Origin: Tubiluchus corallicola
Lineage: Eukaryota > Animalia > Priapulida
Length of the DNA stretch: 64,000 bases
Reading direction: 5' to 3'
Assembly (NCBI GenBank): GCA_030141605.1
Contig: JAQGDQ010000508.1
Span: forward strand, 1-64,000
Below the pieces are notes generated by a model. It was not told the origin of the DNA, ran no database searches, and saw only the letters and a program-made list of their open reading frames with translations. Positions 43,895-56,544 of the stretch are shown here, in pieces; the first letter of the stretch is position 1, and every line of letters starts with the position of its first letter. Position numbers and translations under genes: made by a program.

Positions 43895-44530
43895 TGAAAA
43901 TAGATCATATAAGTACTTAGGGGTCGAATTCTTTGCGTCTGGTGCTTTCAGGCAAAGCTGTACCAAACTAAAAGACAAGGGACTAAAAGCTTTTTAGTGC
44001 ATGAAAAAGTACATTTCAAACTGCGCAAACCCACTTACTATTATCAAATTATTTGAACATACTGTAGAACCTATCATGCTATATGGTGTATGGGGACCTA
44101 GCATTATTAAAATTAAAACGAATTCCCCTCACATTCAAACTAAATTTGACAGTGTGCCTAGCGAAGAGGCCAATATTAAATAAAGCAGATTTCTTTTGAA
44201 TGTCAACAACAAATCACGCAAATATGCGCCTACATTCAGAACTGGGCCGTTTCCACATTTTTATTAAAATAATTTAGGATATGATAGCTATGCATACCAA
44301 GCTTATAATGAAAACCGAACCTTAGCTGAGGACTATTTTTTAAACTTGTCATTTAAATAACTAAAATAACGAACAGGAAGATTTAATAATATTTGTTTTA
44401 TCAGTAATTGTTTTGTTGGTCTGTAGTGCCACTATATTTCAAAATTGAAATTGTATGTATGTCTTGTTTCTTTCCTTGTTTTGTATGTATTTTTGGCACA
44501 AACAAATATGAAATACGTAAATAATATAAT
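43895..44530 (+). pseudogene. Decayed LINE reverse transcriptase fragment (RTEX/CR1-group-like) with probable 3' end
   Basis: YKYLGVEFFASGAF....KLKDKGLKAF*, IIKLFEHTVEPIMLYG-VWG, and later ELGRFP, with stops and deletions. Confidence 0.7.
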
Positions 44531-46047
44531 AGTAAAATTGTCAGTAGATTCATTTGGAAATTAAATTCCGTAGAGGTGCAATAATTATACCGTCCATTGA
44601 TAGCAAATGCACCTTTTAAAGAAATGGATAAACATTATTTAAACACAATGGCGCCACCTAAACATCAAGAGGCCTAAAAAGAATAAAAAATACAATATCT
44701 AAATCTGGTTTTGCCTAAATTACTTGGGTCTAATGGAGCACACACTTTCACTTCACTTAGTAATTTATAATAATTATGCACTGTGTGTGCATTATGTGTC
44801 TGTATGCGTGTTTACATGTATATGTATATTTTGAGAAGATTTCGTTGTCTGATGAAGCTGTTTTGATAACTCCGTAGCACAAGAAATTTCTGCCTTCGTT
44901 TTTGCTCTGATTTCGACGCTAAAACAATTTTGTTGCTAGTATCCAGTTTCTAATGTATTCCACGTTACACACTGACTCATTTGTGCAGTATATCGGTCCA
45001 GTCACTTCGAATGTCGAACCGTCTCAGCGTTTGTTGGCTCTGCAATAATTCCGACAATAACGTTATTTTTATGTATAATCGGAAATACTGCCAGAGTTTA
45101 ACAATCACCGCAGTTCCATGTTTTTAAACTGCTAATGTCACTGATTGCACTCATTGCAACCGGAAATATTACAGGAAACGACACACGAGTTAAGTGATTG
45201 CTGTCATTAAATGATGTCTATTTATTTTATAGAAGTGCATTGTTACTCTTTAAACGAATCTGACTGCTGATTGACTGGTGGGCGGTAACAGTGGTAATGG
45301 TACTCCTGGCAATAATAATAATGATGATAATAGTGGCGATGTTCAGCTGACGACAACTACATATGACGGCGACGATGATAGACGTGTGTTGATGATGTCG
45401 TGACGGAAACGAGAAATTGCGTGCGGTGATGTACTAACCGAGGTCAATCGTGTAATGCAGTTTTACTGTGAGGATAATGATAATGTTGATGACGATGACG
45501 ATGACTACAACTACAACGGCATCGACAACGAGAACGCACTATTTTTGTAATTTCCATGTACCTAGATTAAAATTGGTGCATTTTTATGGTGTGAAGACAG
45601 TCGTTTGACAGCTGAGGGAACACACAATAACAAGTGAATGTCGCATTCATATCGTACCTAGAATTTTATCTGCGCACATATGCATTGCAGCGAGCAACAA
45701 TACTAGAATATCCATTTACTCTTTAAAGGTATACGCAACTGTTTTCTGAACGTGTTGCTTAGAAAAATACCTTTCTCTAAATATAAATTAAGGCAGAGGA
45801 AAGCTGATGAATAGGCTGTTTTGCAGAAAGTAGATTTGTGTCGCCTAGAGGATTTGTAGTAAATGCATTGCTCATAGCAGCATATCAGCCCATAGTAGTT
45901 TCATGTGCTAATGTATATGTACTCGAAAATTAATGCACACAATGAAACCAAAGAATTAATGTAGTCATAAACAGCAACACGCGGACACGTGGACTCATGC
46001 TACGTGAATAAATGAGCGTGCAAGATATCCCTGAATATGGAAGCTGC

Positions 46048-46180
46048 ATAACATAACATGACATGACATGACATGACATGACATGACATGACGTGACATA
46101 ACATAACATAACACGTGATATAACGCAACGTGTGACATAATATAAGATAATGTAGCGTGTGACATGACGTAACATAATGT
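46048..46180. repeat. (CATAA)/(CATGA)n pentanucleotide repeat
   Basis: Seen directly. Confidence 0.9.
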
Positions 46181-47328
46181 TCATTTATCTTTTAGTATGA
46201 TTGTAGCCAGAATAATTTCATGAAAATGAAGATTGAATTTACTGGATGTCAAAGATAATAAATTGACTGCAATACAAAAAAAAACAGTAAAGCTACGCCC
46301 CGCGGGGTAGTAGCTCTACAAACTAAATGCAGTCATTATGAAAACACAAATATTAGGGACAAAGACAGGCTGAGGTTCCACTAAATGAGTAGCTAATATT
46401 AAATTGCAGGTTGGCTTCGAGAACATAAAGCGAAACATTATCACAATATTACAATATTATGCTTAAAATGCATGCTTACGATTCTAATACAAATTACCCT
46501 CATCCACGCTTCATTATTTCGCATTGTAAAAACCAATCGTCATTCCACATGCGGCTTTATTGAAAATGTTTTATAATACCATCAGTGCAAAAGTTCACTT
46601 CAATGCAAAAACTACAGATAAAAAATAGCGCATCCTATTCAAAGCCATTCTCGGTTCTGTAGGCGAATGGCTTCGTTGAGAACAATAACATCGATTAAGG
46701 AGCTAAAGTCAGAAGTTTTTTTTTGATTTTCACGGAGTCACCCGAATAAGTCATGATATTAAAATTTTACTGTAATATCACTACTTATTAGTGTCAGATT
46801 TTCATTCAAAACTGCGCCGATGCGAAAAATACGAGATGGAAGATTTTGAACGTTTTGAACACAATGAACATGTTTGTAATTTAAAAACCTTTATGCTACT
46901 GTTTACTTCATGTCACGCGCAAATATTTAAGGATACGCACACGGATGTTAGCTGAGATTATGACTGTAAAAATACAAACTTCTATGTATTATAATATTAC
47001 TGATTACATCACAATAAGCTAAATAACTTGTTCATTTTCATAAAAAATTCCTATAATTTTCCTATAAGTTTCCAAACACTTTATTAACAGTTGCTAAATG
47101 ATATGTTACATCTTTATTTCAGATGGCAAATTTTTCCAGAATGACAAGGTCGTCCACGGGGAGCCAGTGGAATAACTTATTATTAGCACAGGCATAATAA
47201 GTCAAAAACCACCGCCTGCTGATTATTGCTTAGATGATACTGCAACCAACCAGGAATATCGTCAAACGAAAATGTCATAAAGGTGTTTCCAACTGCGTGA
47301 CTTGACCGTCTTTCTAAAATAAGATAAA

Positions 47329-47823
47329 ATGCGCTGGATATCCATACTTATCCAGTTACTATGCTTCCTGAATTCTTCTTTAGTAAACACGGCCTTCAGG
47401 AGGACCATGTGGCCTTCACGTCTAGGGCAGGACGATGATGCTCCCAAACCGCCTCAAACGCTCACGTTGGGCACAATTTTTCCAGACAGGCGCCTCAAGT
47501 ACAAGAATTTTAAAGCAGTGGCCGATATAGAAATCGGAAAAGTGTACCAGAAAAACAATAGGGGCAGATACAATTTTGCGAAACAGTACCAGATCAAACA
47601 GCACATACGTTATTTACGTACGTACAAACCTAAACCGATGGACGTACTGGATTTAATATGTGATATGCTAGATAATCAAGTGAATACTATCATGTTTTTT
47701 ATGACCACTGAAACAGAAATGAAGTATAGTGAACTGACTGCTGCTTCACAATACCTGGTAAATATGGCTGGTCATCTAGGAATACCAATATTAGCCTGGA
47801 ATGCCGACAACGCTGGGTTTGAC
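47329..47823 (+). CDS. Nmdar2: First coding exon of an NMDA-type ionotropic glutamate receptor GluN2/Nmdar2-like subunit (signal peptide plus start of the amino-terminal domain)
   Basis: ATG 47329 opens a hydrophobic signal-like N-terminus (MRWISILIQLLCFLNSSLV). The exon end TAASQYLVNMAGHLGIPILAWNADNAGFD matches the motif I recall from Drosophila Nmdar2 ([29 protein letters not shown]). The phase-0 donor GAC|GTAAGT is at 47823/47824. A candidate acceptor TCTTTATTTCAG ends at 47122, so the exon probably starts at 47123 with 5' UTR. Confidence 0.92.
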
Positions 47824-47896
47824 GTAAGTACTACTTGTAATGTACTACTTGATATAAGTACTACTTGTAATGTACTACTCGATGTAAGTACTACTC
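47821..47896 (+). repeat. 30-bp tandem repeat (2.5 copies) containing the exon splice donor
   Basis: GACGTAAGTACTACTTGTAATGTACTACTT / GATATAAGTACTACTTGTAATGTACTACTC / GATGTAAGTACTACTC. Confidence 0.95.
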
Positions 47897-48911
47897 ATTG
47901 CTGCACGTAATTCCTGCTAGACTATCGTTTCAGAATGAAGCCATTACTAGTACCTAACTTATATTTTGACTCTTTTTAGGTATCTGAATTTGAGTTATAA
48001 TAGTAAATTACATACTAGCCCAGCTTTAAGTGCCCGGATGTTACCAGCTCATTTGGTTGGTTAATGTTACAACAGACATTTTTACTTTATTTGTTCTTTT
48101 AGTATTATTATTTCATTAATATTATACTGCACCTAAACAAACTACTTTCGCTAATCGCCAAGGTACTTTACGTTCATTTAGGATTCAGCTAATTAACTGC
48201 CCAAAGTTCTTCTCTTGCTAAATCTTGTTATTTGTAATTTCACCTAATTTGTCATTTGTGAAACAATTCGCATTTTTTCTTTTTGAATTAACGGAATGAC
48301 AAATAGTTTCTCTGGACAACACAATAATCTTCCGCCAGAAATCACTGATTTTGAAAAGTAGTTTCGCAGGAAGTTAGTGCGTTTTTAATGTATCTTTCGT
48401 CCCGTTTTCGCTAAGACAAAAGTTCCACGAGAAAGGTTTTCAGTGTTGTGTTCACCTCTGTTGGTAAGTTTTGCTATTCGCGTAATATACCTCTGTCCTT
48501 TCTAAAAACCATCTCTTTTGTAATGGAAGTGACGTTAAAAGGATTTGCGACAGTGCCATCAACTCCTATGGGAAAAGCGCTTGAAATTTCATAACCTTAA
48601 CTAAATAAGCAAGTTCAAAGTCTGAAAATATCTTTCTTTGTCTATTAAAGATCACCGCAGTAGGGGGAGATGCGTAAAGGGTATGGCAATTTCACAGAGC
48701 AAACAAGCGTTATTGTTATTTGAGAAAATTAAAGAAAACGTGCTTGCCTGGTTGCAACAGTGATAATCTTTGTAGATTTACAGATTTTGCCATAAAATAT
48801 AATTCTAATAAGAATGTGATGGGCTTAGTATTACTTAATTAAAACAGATTCCGTAGTTACTCGTCTCTATATTCGTCCGCTTTCAGTGTATTATATTGTG
48901 TAATTATTAGC

Positions 48912-49579
48912 TTAAAGTACAAGAACGCACTTCTTCATAAATAAGGCTTAAAAATTCGTCTTGAAATTTTACGTCACTTACGCATACGGTTTATTACATT
49001 CGGACTTGCGTTAGTAGTCACACTGTATGAAACTTGAAAATTTAAACTCCCATGATGATCGTTGGGCGCAACCATTTTAACGAAGTTGCGTGAAACAAGT
49101 TTAGATAAGATTGCAAAAGTTTGAAAAAATAGTCAGAGCATTCGTCGTACACTCTTTGCTAATTAAGGAAAAGTATAAATTGCCTTATATTATTAATAAG
49201 ATCGATAATCAATAATGTGTTTTTTGGTGAATCTGTGGTGCTGTTTTACAGGTGCTACCTAGAAAGTAATAACTTTCTTTTATAATTACACAAGTCTTTC
49301 AAACAGGTAAGCATAAGGTTAAATAATACAACTTTGTATGTAAACATCTTTGAGATGTATTTTAAAATCACCTTTCTCTCCTTTAAAGTTTAAAAGAGTT
49401 TGTTGTCATTTAGAATATATAAAATAGAAAACTACTGACTTTTTACAATGGTCGACCGGGGTGTAATGTTTTTTTGGGATGCGGTATGGCGAAGGCTCCC
49501 TTTTCCATAATGAAAGAACACGGTGACTAAGGGCGTATGAAAACTTTACTACGCCTTAGACTGATAGTTTTGTACCGCC
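48912..49579 (+). repeat. Dispersed duplicate of 9113-9779 (family D element plus about 190 bp of flank)
   Basis: Colinear; both copies end CTGATAGTTTTGTACCGCC. Another partial family D piece follows (about 49580-49831, ending CCCCTTTAA). Confidence 0.88.
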
Positions 49580-50399
49580 CATTTAAAAAAAACAATCATA
49601 GCATTGATGGATCTTTCTTCACTAAGTATAAATTACTTTATGTTGTCGATAAGATCAATATATTGTTTTCGTGATGCCCACTGGGATGCGGTGGCGCGAC
49701 TATTCTAAATCATTAAAAAAAATCAAATTACACCAGTCTCTCACACAGGTAAGCGTAAAGTTAGGTAATGCACCTTTTTGTGGAAAGTTTTTTCGGGATA
49801 TTCTTTTAAATTTCCTTTTCTTCCCCTTTAAGGTTTGGGTAACACCTCAAACTGAAAGTGGTTTACTGAAGAAGTAATGGGCTGAAAAGTTTAGCCACCA
49901 TAGGGAGGTACCGTTTGCAAGTTTATGTTGATGTTTGACTGTCACAAACTTTTACCCTAAGCACTAAAGTCAGAGTAACATTAACATTCTGAGGGACCGG
50001 ACTAACATAAGCTGGAATATAAGAAACTGGTCGAACGATTAACAACATAACCTATTGATTACATGAGTCCTCCATTTGTTTAGTGCCCAGTGCTGTGAAA
50101 GATGCTTAGGATTAAAATGATGTTTTTCGTTGGGTTTTAAAGATCACTAGGCTGATGAGTTGGGGTTCACAAATAAAATTTTGCTGAGAAACCACACATA
50201 AGCATCATGGTGCGCCAAAGGACATTGGAGACACTTGGTAGAATTGGAAATTTAAACTCTTAACTAGGGAGAAAACCTAGGCTTACGTCAGGCTTGCAAG
50301 AACTTCTTAAACTAACTTCTGCTGAGACCCTATGTAATCTTTGCATTGAAGCAAATCCGATGGAAAATCTCTTTTTGGCGTGATTGGTTTACCCTAGAA

Positions 50400-51150
50400 A
50401 TTTCGATATGCGAAGAAAGCTTTCTGTTTTCGTGCTGATTATTACCAGTTTGCTTTCCAGAATACTCAAATAGCGACTACATAGGGTGTAAGCTAAATTG
50501 ATTGCCAGAAATATATCTATGACGCTTGGTTATGTAGTATTGGTCATTCTCTAATATTGATGCGGCATCTGTCAGCTCTATATTCAGGCATAACGATAAC
50601 CAAACTGTTCTGGACTATATTCATCAGTGCCTTAAACGTTTTGTACAATAATCACAGTTTCTTGTAGGACTAATAATAGAATGTAAAATATGCAAATTAT
50701 ATTCTACGCTCTGTTAATGCCATTTCAGCACTTTTACGATAGTCAACGTATTAATGTTTTGAAGAAAATTTTGGACCAACTTAATGCGTAATTTTCCGTG
50801 TATATGACCTGATCATAGTGTAATCATAGTTCTTGGTCAATACATTACTAGTTTACCAGTTTGTATTGCTTCGAACAGTACAATCTACCGATTATCGCCG
50901 ATTTTTAACACAAAATCTATATCAAACAGTGATTGTTCGAACTTTATATATAAAGTGTCTGGTACGCATGCGTAAAGTGGACCTCTCGACTGGTTTTTCT
51001 CATTTGCTCAAGCCAGAGAAAGAACAAAACGAAATAAAACACTTCTTTCATTATTGAACGTCTAATGCACAATAGTATCAAATAGCTCTCACACAGCGAC
51101 AAACAAATGGACTCCAAATTGATTTCAGCTGCCATTTACCATGGACATTT
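50400..51150 (-). pseudogene. Very decayed L2-like LINE RT fragment
   Basis: Minus-strand CDYC...ELTDAASIL....YIT resembles DYC..LQNxAARxL..HIT. Confidence 0.3.
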
Positions 51151-51782
51151 CTAAAAATTTTAATATGCCATCATTCTGTGGAAATCAGTAAAATTATATT
51201 AAAGAACTGCAACCAATTTCGTCTTATTTTGATTCGTGAGGTATAACTACTGTAAGGTCGTATAACATTTGTCCCGATCCTCAGAACTCCCGAGCATAAT
51301 AATTAATAAAGATAAAAAAATTGTGCGGAAAAAGGATAAGTTTTTGGAGGTCAGTTTTTACTAATAACAAGAGACTGAGATACGGCATTGTTGTTTAATT
51401 TTGTTTATTTCAAAATTGACATATAATGCGCTAATTTTTCTCAAAAGTCGACAATTGAAGGTTGAAATGATTTTCATAGAATTTTAAATAATTTTTAATA
51501 AATAATACAGAACATAAAAACAAAAAGGCTTTGCAAACTATGCAAGACCTATGAATGTGGGTCTAATTTTGTTCAATAAATTATGTTCTTTCGCAAAATT
51601 TTTACAAGTTCTTTTATGGCAGGACCGGGTCCTAGTTCATTAGCAAGATAATACTCTGATCTGAAATACTATAATGGCAGAGATGTCACAGTCACATTCG
51701 GACGTATTTACATCTTCTCTAAGCACCGAGAAACGAACGAAATAATTCGGAATCACAGTAAAATAAACCTCACAAGAGTGAG

Positions 51783-51880
51783 ATTCCTATAAGTGGTCAT
51801 CTAACGAGTCAGTTGTCAGGCTCGGTCTTGCTTAACTTCGGTAGCGAAACACACGTCATGATCATTCACTACTGTGTACA
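51783..51880 (-). pseudogene. 5S rRNA-derived sequence (pseudogene or SINE3 head)
   Basis: Minus strand ACCGAAGTTAAGCAAGACCGAGCCTG...AGATGACCACTT..GGAAT follows 5S ACCGAAGTTAAGCAACGTCGGGC...GGGTGACCGCCTGGGAA. The C box is degenerate. Confidence 0.5.
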
Positions 51881-52464
51881 CGCAAAGATCGAGATGATAG
51901 GCTACCTAATCGTTCTGACTTCACAAATCTGCTTTCTTACCTTAGCGAGTCAGTTTTATCATCAATTATCATAAAAACTAACCAATTTTTATCATAATTA
52001 TAAATCCTATAATTAAATACATGTAATTAAAATAAACTGCTTTTCATTGCGCAATATTTAACTGCAGTTTTAAAAAAATTGTTTTTTGGGAAGTTTGTTT
52101 TCTATGAAATAACGCTTCTGGAAAAAATTCTAACAAAAATCTTTTCTCAGAACATTTTTTCTGGTTCCTTAGAAGGTAATTTTTTGGCAAAAATGTTTTC
52201 TGTGATTTTCTATCGGGCAATAATCTCATCTGGTAAAAAACTTTTCTAGGAAAAGGCTCTTCCGGGAAACGAGTCAATCCCGTACTATTAGACTCTCTTT
52301 TAATGCAATACGTGTCATACCACACTTTGAAGTGCAGTAAAAATTATACACTTCAACGCCTATAATAATGCTAAAGTGTTTCTGATAGGTTAAAAATGTT
52401 TTTAACGGCCGGCGAACCCAGTCAGTTATGATATCATAACTATGTATAATTTTTAACAACACAA

Positions 52465-53634
52465 ACATTGCACGTGTTGCGAAAGCAAAAATTGAAGTAC
52501 AGTATTATTGTACAACAATTCAATTTAAATAAACAAAAACTGGACAAATTTTAAATATAAGAATGTAAATCATCACGCATGAGCAGACGAACTTGTGCAC
52601 TATATCACAATTGAACACGTCTGAACTGGGAGGTACAACGCCTGTTTTTTGTGCAACGTGTTTCCAAGATGCAGATGCTAGTACCAAACTAGCAAATGGC
52701 GAAATTGATGTAACAGCGAAGAACTGGTCTCGCGAATGCAAAATTAAGTTTCTACCGTAACAATTTTTTCACATAAGTTAATTTTAACCTTTAGCCTACC
52801 AAGGTGGGATAAAAAATTACCACAGCTGTGTTCGGTCACATGTTTTGTTTTGATGCATACAACGAAAAATTATCAAACTAGTAGCGATTAAATACTTTTC
52901 AATTTTTATGCAACCATGCGTTAGTTTTGTTGAAAAGTATTATTCCTGCTTTTTTGCAAAGCACGAGTGCCAGATACTACCTGACGTGGGATGACTAATC
53001 ACTCCTCTTGGTCCTTATGTAAGCAAAGTGTTTGAGTTTTCATGGGCACCATGATATGTTACCTGGACAACTAGAAAGCGCTGCAAACCTCCCAATTGCA
53101 GCCTGTAGTTCTGCAAAGTGATTTTTCTAACAATCTGCTAAAGAAATTTCATATTCGTGAACATTCTTCATTTAGTAATATGACGGGAACTTTAGCTGTA
53201 CAGGTGGCTAAGGTTGAAGTTAATAGGTTAAACTATTAGAAGATCCAGCAAGTGAAGATGAAGTGGAAGTCTCAGAATTAAACAGTGAACCTCATTAGCC
53301 TATTATGTCACAAGATTTAATAAACCACGCAAAACACATGAGCACTAGCAATATAATGCCTCTTTGTATCATTCCTACCTCATATATCTACGACAACTTG
53401 ACCCAGAACTTGATTTTGCACTACCAGTTGCACCCCGATTGCTCGCTGGTCATTCTATTCAGTTAGTAACACATACTAAGCAAAATTTTTATGGGGTAAT
53501 TTGTTACCCCGCTTGTTCTTTATTGTAACGTAAAAAAAAACGTTGGTCGGTTAAGGGTTGAAAAAAAACGTGTTTCCTTTTAATATTTTTAGATTAGATT
53601 CTTGGGCTATAATTTAAAGTTGGTTTTCCTTTAA
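52465..53634 (+). mobile_element. Old Kolobok-like family A copy split by a piggyBac-like insertion
   Basis: Family A body at 52465-52787 resumes at 53558 (TTGAAAAAAAACGTGTTTCCTTT) and ends GGTTTTCCT|TTAA. Confidence 0.7.
52788..53557. mobile_element. Non-autonomous piggyBac-like element, 770 bp
   Basis: TTAA|CCTTTAGCCTACCAA ... TTGGTCGGTTAAGGG|TTGA, with asymmetric subterminal inverted repeats (GTGGGATAAAAAATTACCAC / GGGGTAATTTGTTACCCCGC). Confidence 0.7.
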
Positions 53635-54044
53635 ACAATATGTATTTGTTAATTATTGTGAAAAGGTTAACCTCTCTTATATATAACTTTGACGTAATTT
53701 AGGTTGTGCTGTAACACAGTTTGTAAATGAAATTCATCACAGTAAAATACATAGATTATCTCGAAAGTTGGAAGTTTTTAGTGACTTGGAACTGCAGCCC
53801 GTAAAACTTCCATAATGGCTTCAAGCACTAAATACCAATATTTACCGACACGCTTTCTCTAGGGAAATGTCGTTTATTCCACTGGAACGAGTAATCTTTC
53901 ATCACGAGTGAGTGATTGATAGCAACAAAAGTATAACTTATATTAACTGCGGCTATAAAGCTAAAGTGTAGAGTGTCGCTAGAGAATTAGAATAAAAAAT
54001 TAGTACGCGCATAATTGATAAATTAACTGTTACTCAAAATCGTT

Positions 54045-54045
54045 A

Positions 54046-54076
<31 letters not shown>

Positions 54077-54200
54077 TGTCATCATCATCATCACCCTCAC
54101 CAATGCCATCATCGATATTGTCATTATCATCATCATGATCATCACTATCACCTTCATCATCATCAGCAGCAGCACAGCGACAACAGCAATCACAGCAGCA
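54045..54200. repeat. (TCG)n/(TCA)n/(GCA)n trinucleotide mosaic
   Basis: Seen directly. Confidence 0.9.
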
Positions 54201-54584
54201 GCTGTTAAGAACAACAAGAGCAATAGTAACGTTAAAAATGCGAAAACTATTACGCTGCAGTACATGTCACGAAATTGTAAAGCACGCTCCAAGTGTATTT
54301 CCGAAACTGTAAAAATTGTTCTGTAAAATTTAAACTGGTTATTATGAAATTTAAAGAATAAACACTTACTACTACTACTGCTGCTGCTGCTGTTATTACC
54401 AACGTCGTTGTCGTTGTTTTATTGTCACTGTCGTTGCTCTAATTATCATAATATATCATGGTCGTAAGTCAAACAAAGAGGTGATATACTCACAAATCAG
54501 GTAGAATATTGCATCATTTAATTGGTGTTACACATTTCTGTTTAGTTTTATAGACTGAATAAAACAAAGTTGTTTTATAATAAT

Positions 54585-54712
54585 ATAATATAATATGATA
54601 ATATTGTTTATTGCAATTAATGTACACAAACTGTATTGTGCAAAATACATATCCATAAAATTTTTGTGTACAAACAGTCAGAAGACTGACGAAAGCAATA
54701 GTGTCTACTATC
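54585..54712 (-). mobile_element. LINE 3'-end fragment, same family as 59595-60550
   Basis: TTTGTGTACAAACAGTCAGAAGACTGA.GAAAGCAATAGTGTCTACTA is shared with 59678-59724; AATAAA plus a (TTA)-like tail on the minus strand. Confidence 0.7.
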
Positions 54713-56544
54713 GCTTACTATAAACCGCTATTATAAACCGTCAGGGTGTTGACATCTCAAAAATTTTGTTTTTAGTAAAGCTCCGTTCACATTCATTACA
54801 CTATGTTGTCTTATAATCCATAATGGTCAAAAGTAGTATTATCATTATTATAATATGAGCATTAAACATACAACATTCTCAACAACATGAAACAAACATA
54901 AGTCGTAGAATAAAACTCGTATTCGTAAACTAATGTTGTAAACTTGAGAACCTATTGAAAAAGTTTATTATTCAGGGATATTCAAGTGTCTATACATTCC
55001 CTGCATTGATTTTGTGACTTTATATATTTGTAGAACTGGTTCATGTGTTCACTTGCAGTGAGAAACAATTGAAACGTACACAGTAGCATACACTAGCACG
55101 CTTCCACCACCAGCATTTTTATTACAGTAGCTTTTTGAAAATGTATCATGTTTTTTTAGAGAGAGGACAGGCGTTATTTCTCGAATATCTGTAGTTCGTA
55201 TCCTGCTGCGCGACCTGGTACAATATACGCTCAATCAAGCTAAATTATGCATTTCCCTACCGCGGGTTCAAGACTGCGTCATCCCTACGAGAGATTTGAA
55301 GATTTGAATGTAAAATCTACTTGACTTTGCTTATTGGTTGGCCGCTGGGAGGTTGGAAACTAATACAAATGCCATGAATGGGCGCCCGATGAGCTATTGT
55401 GGACCTAAGCCCAAGTAATTGATATAAACCAATAAGTGCAATGGACAAATTATGTGTTATGGACGATGAAGACTCTTGTGCAATATACGCATATGTTATT
55501 ATTGCAAATGAATTCACTTTAATAAGCAAATTGGAGGGGAATAATACAGTTTTCGGTAGAGTAAATTGGGTTAGAAGCGGATGCCTGACTGTCCTAATAA
55601 GAGGCTAAACAGTTGTTCATAATGAAGGCAAGGTAAATAAGTTATGTGACTACAGGCAAAAGCCAAGAGTGCTGATAATGTCTACTAGTTGGGAACAAAG
55701 TCATGACTGCCATCGCTGTTGCTGTTCATGCTAGTGGCATCAAGGTGACGGCGATGATACTGAAGATGTGACGACAACGATGACGACAACAAAGACGACG
55801 ACGATGACACGACAAACGATAACGCTGATGTATTATGTTTCTTAAAGTGTTATCCATGGACTAAACGAAATTATTATTAATGTTATTACTGTCATACTCA
55901 CCTCACTAACTAGTTTGCTGAATAATTGCCTTTTCTATGAATGAATAGAATTTAATATAGAAGTATATCTCGACTTTGTTGTAAGGATGTTGTTACTTAA
56001 CTAGTTCCGCAGTTAAGACACTGATTTTCAACAAAAACAGCTTTAACCCACAGCTTCTACATTCAGAATTCGTCGTCTGTCTCATCTTCCTGTTGTCGAA
56101 TTGTTACAGTATCCATTGATCTGCAGTTAAATCAGCTGCCATAGGGCAAGTATTAGATCTTGAGGAAGGTCTTGAGTGGCAAGTGTCTTTGACAGACTTG
56201 ATAATCTCACGGTGCTTTCACTGTAAAGGCGATGTTACAGCTTTTGTAATACAGAGGTGATACATACAGACAGACATAACAGAAATGATGACAAAAATAA
56301 ACAGAAAACTATGCTCATAGGCAAAGTTAAAATATCTTTTTTCCATTTCATTCAAATCAAGTGTATTATGCTCAGTAAAGTGTAGTGAAGCTTAGTAAAC
56401 TAGATTAGTAAAGAGAACAAGATTAGCAAAACTTCGACCAGTTATTTCATCTTCTGTTAGCCAAACTTATGTTACAAGCAGTCCAAATCACGTGACTGCT
56501 GATTAATTTCAGCCTGTTTCTTTGTTATATAACAGTGTTCACCG

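Noticed and set aside
47824-47910. C-terminal part of ORF 47329-47910 as a complete 193-aa protein
   Set aside because: Homology stops at the GT donor and resumes in the exon at 58759; the tail is intron read-through, apart from the possible alternative donor.
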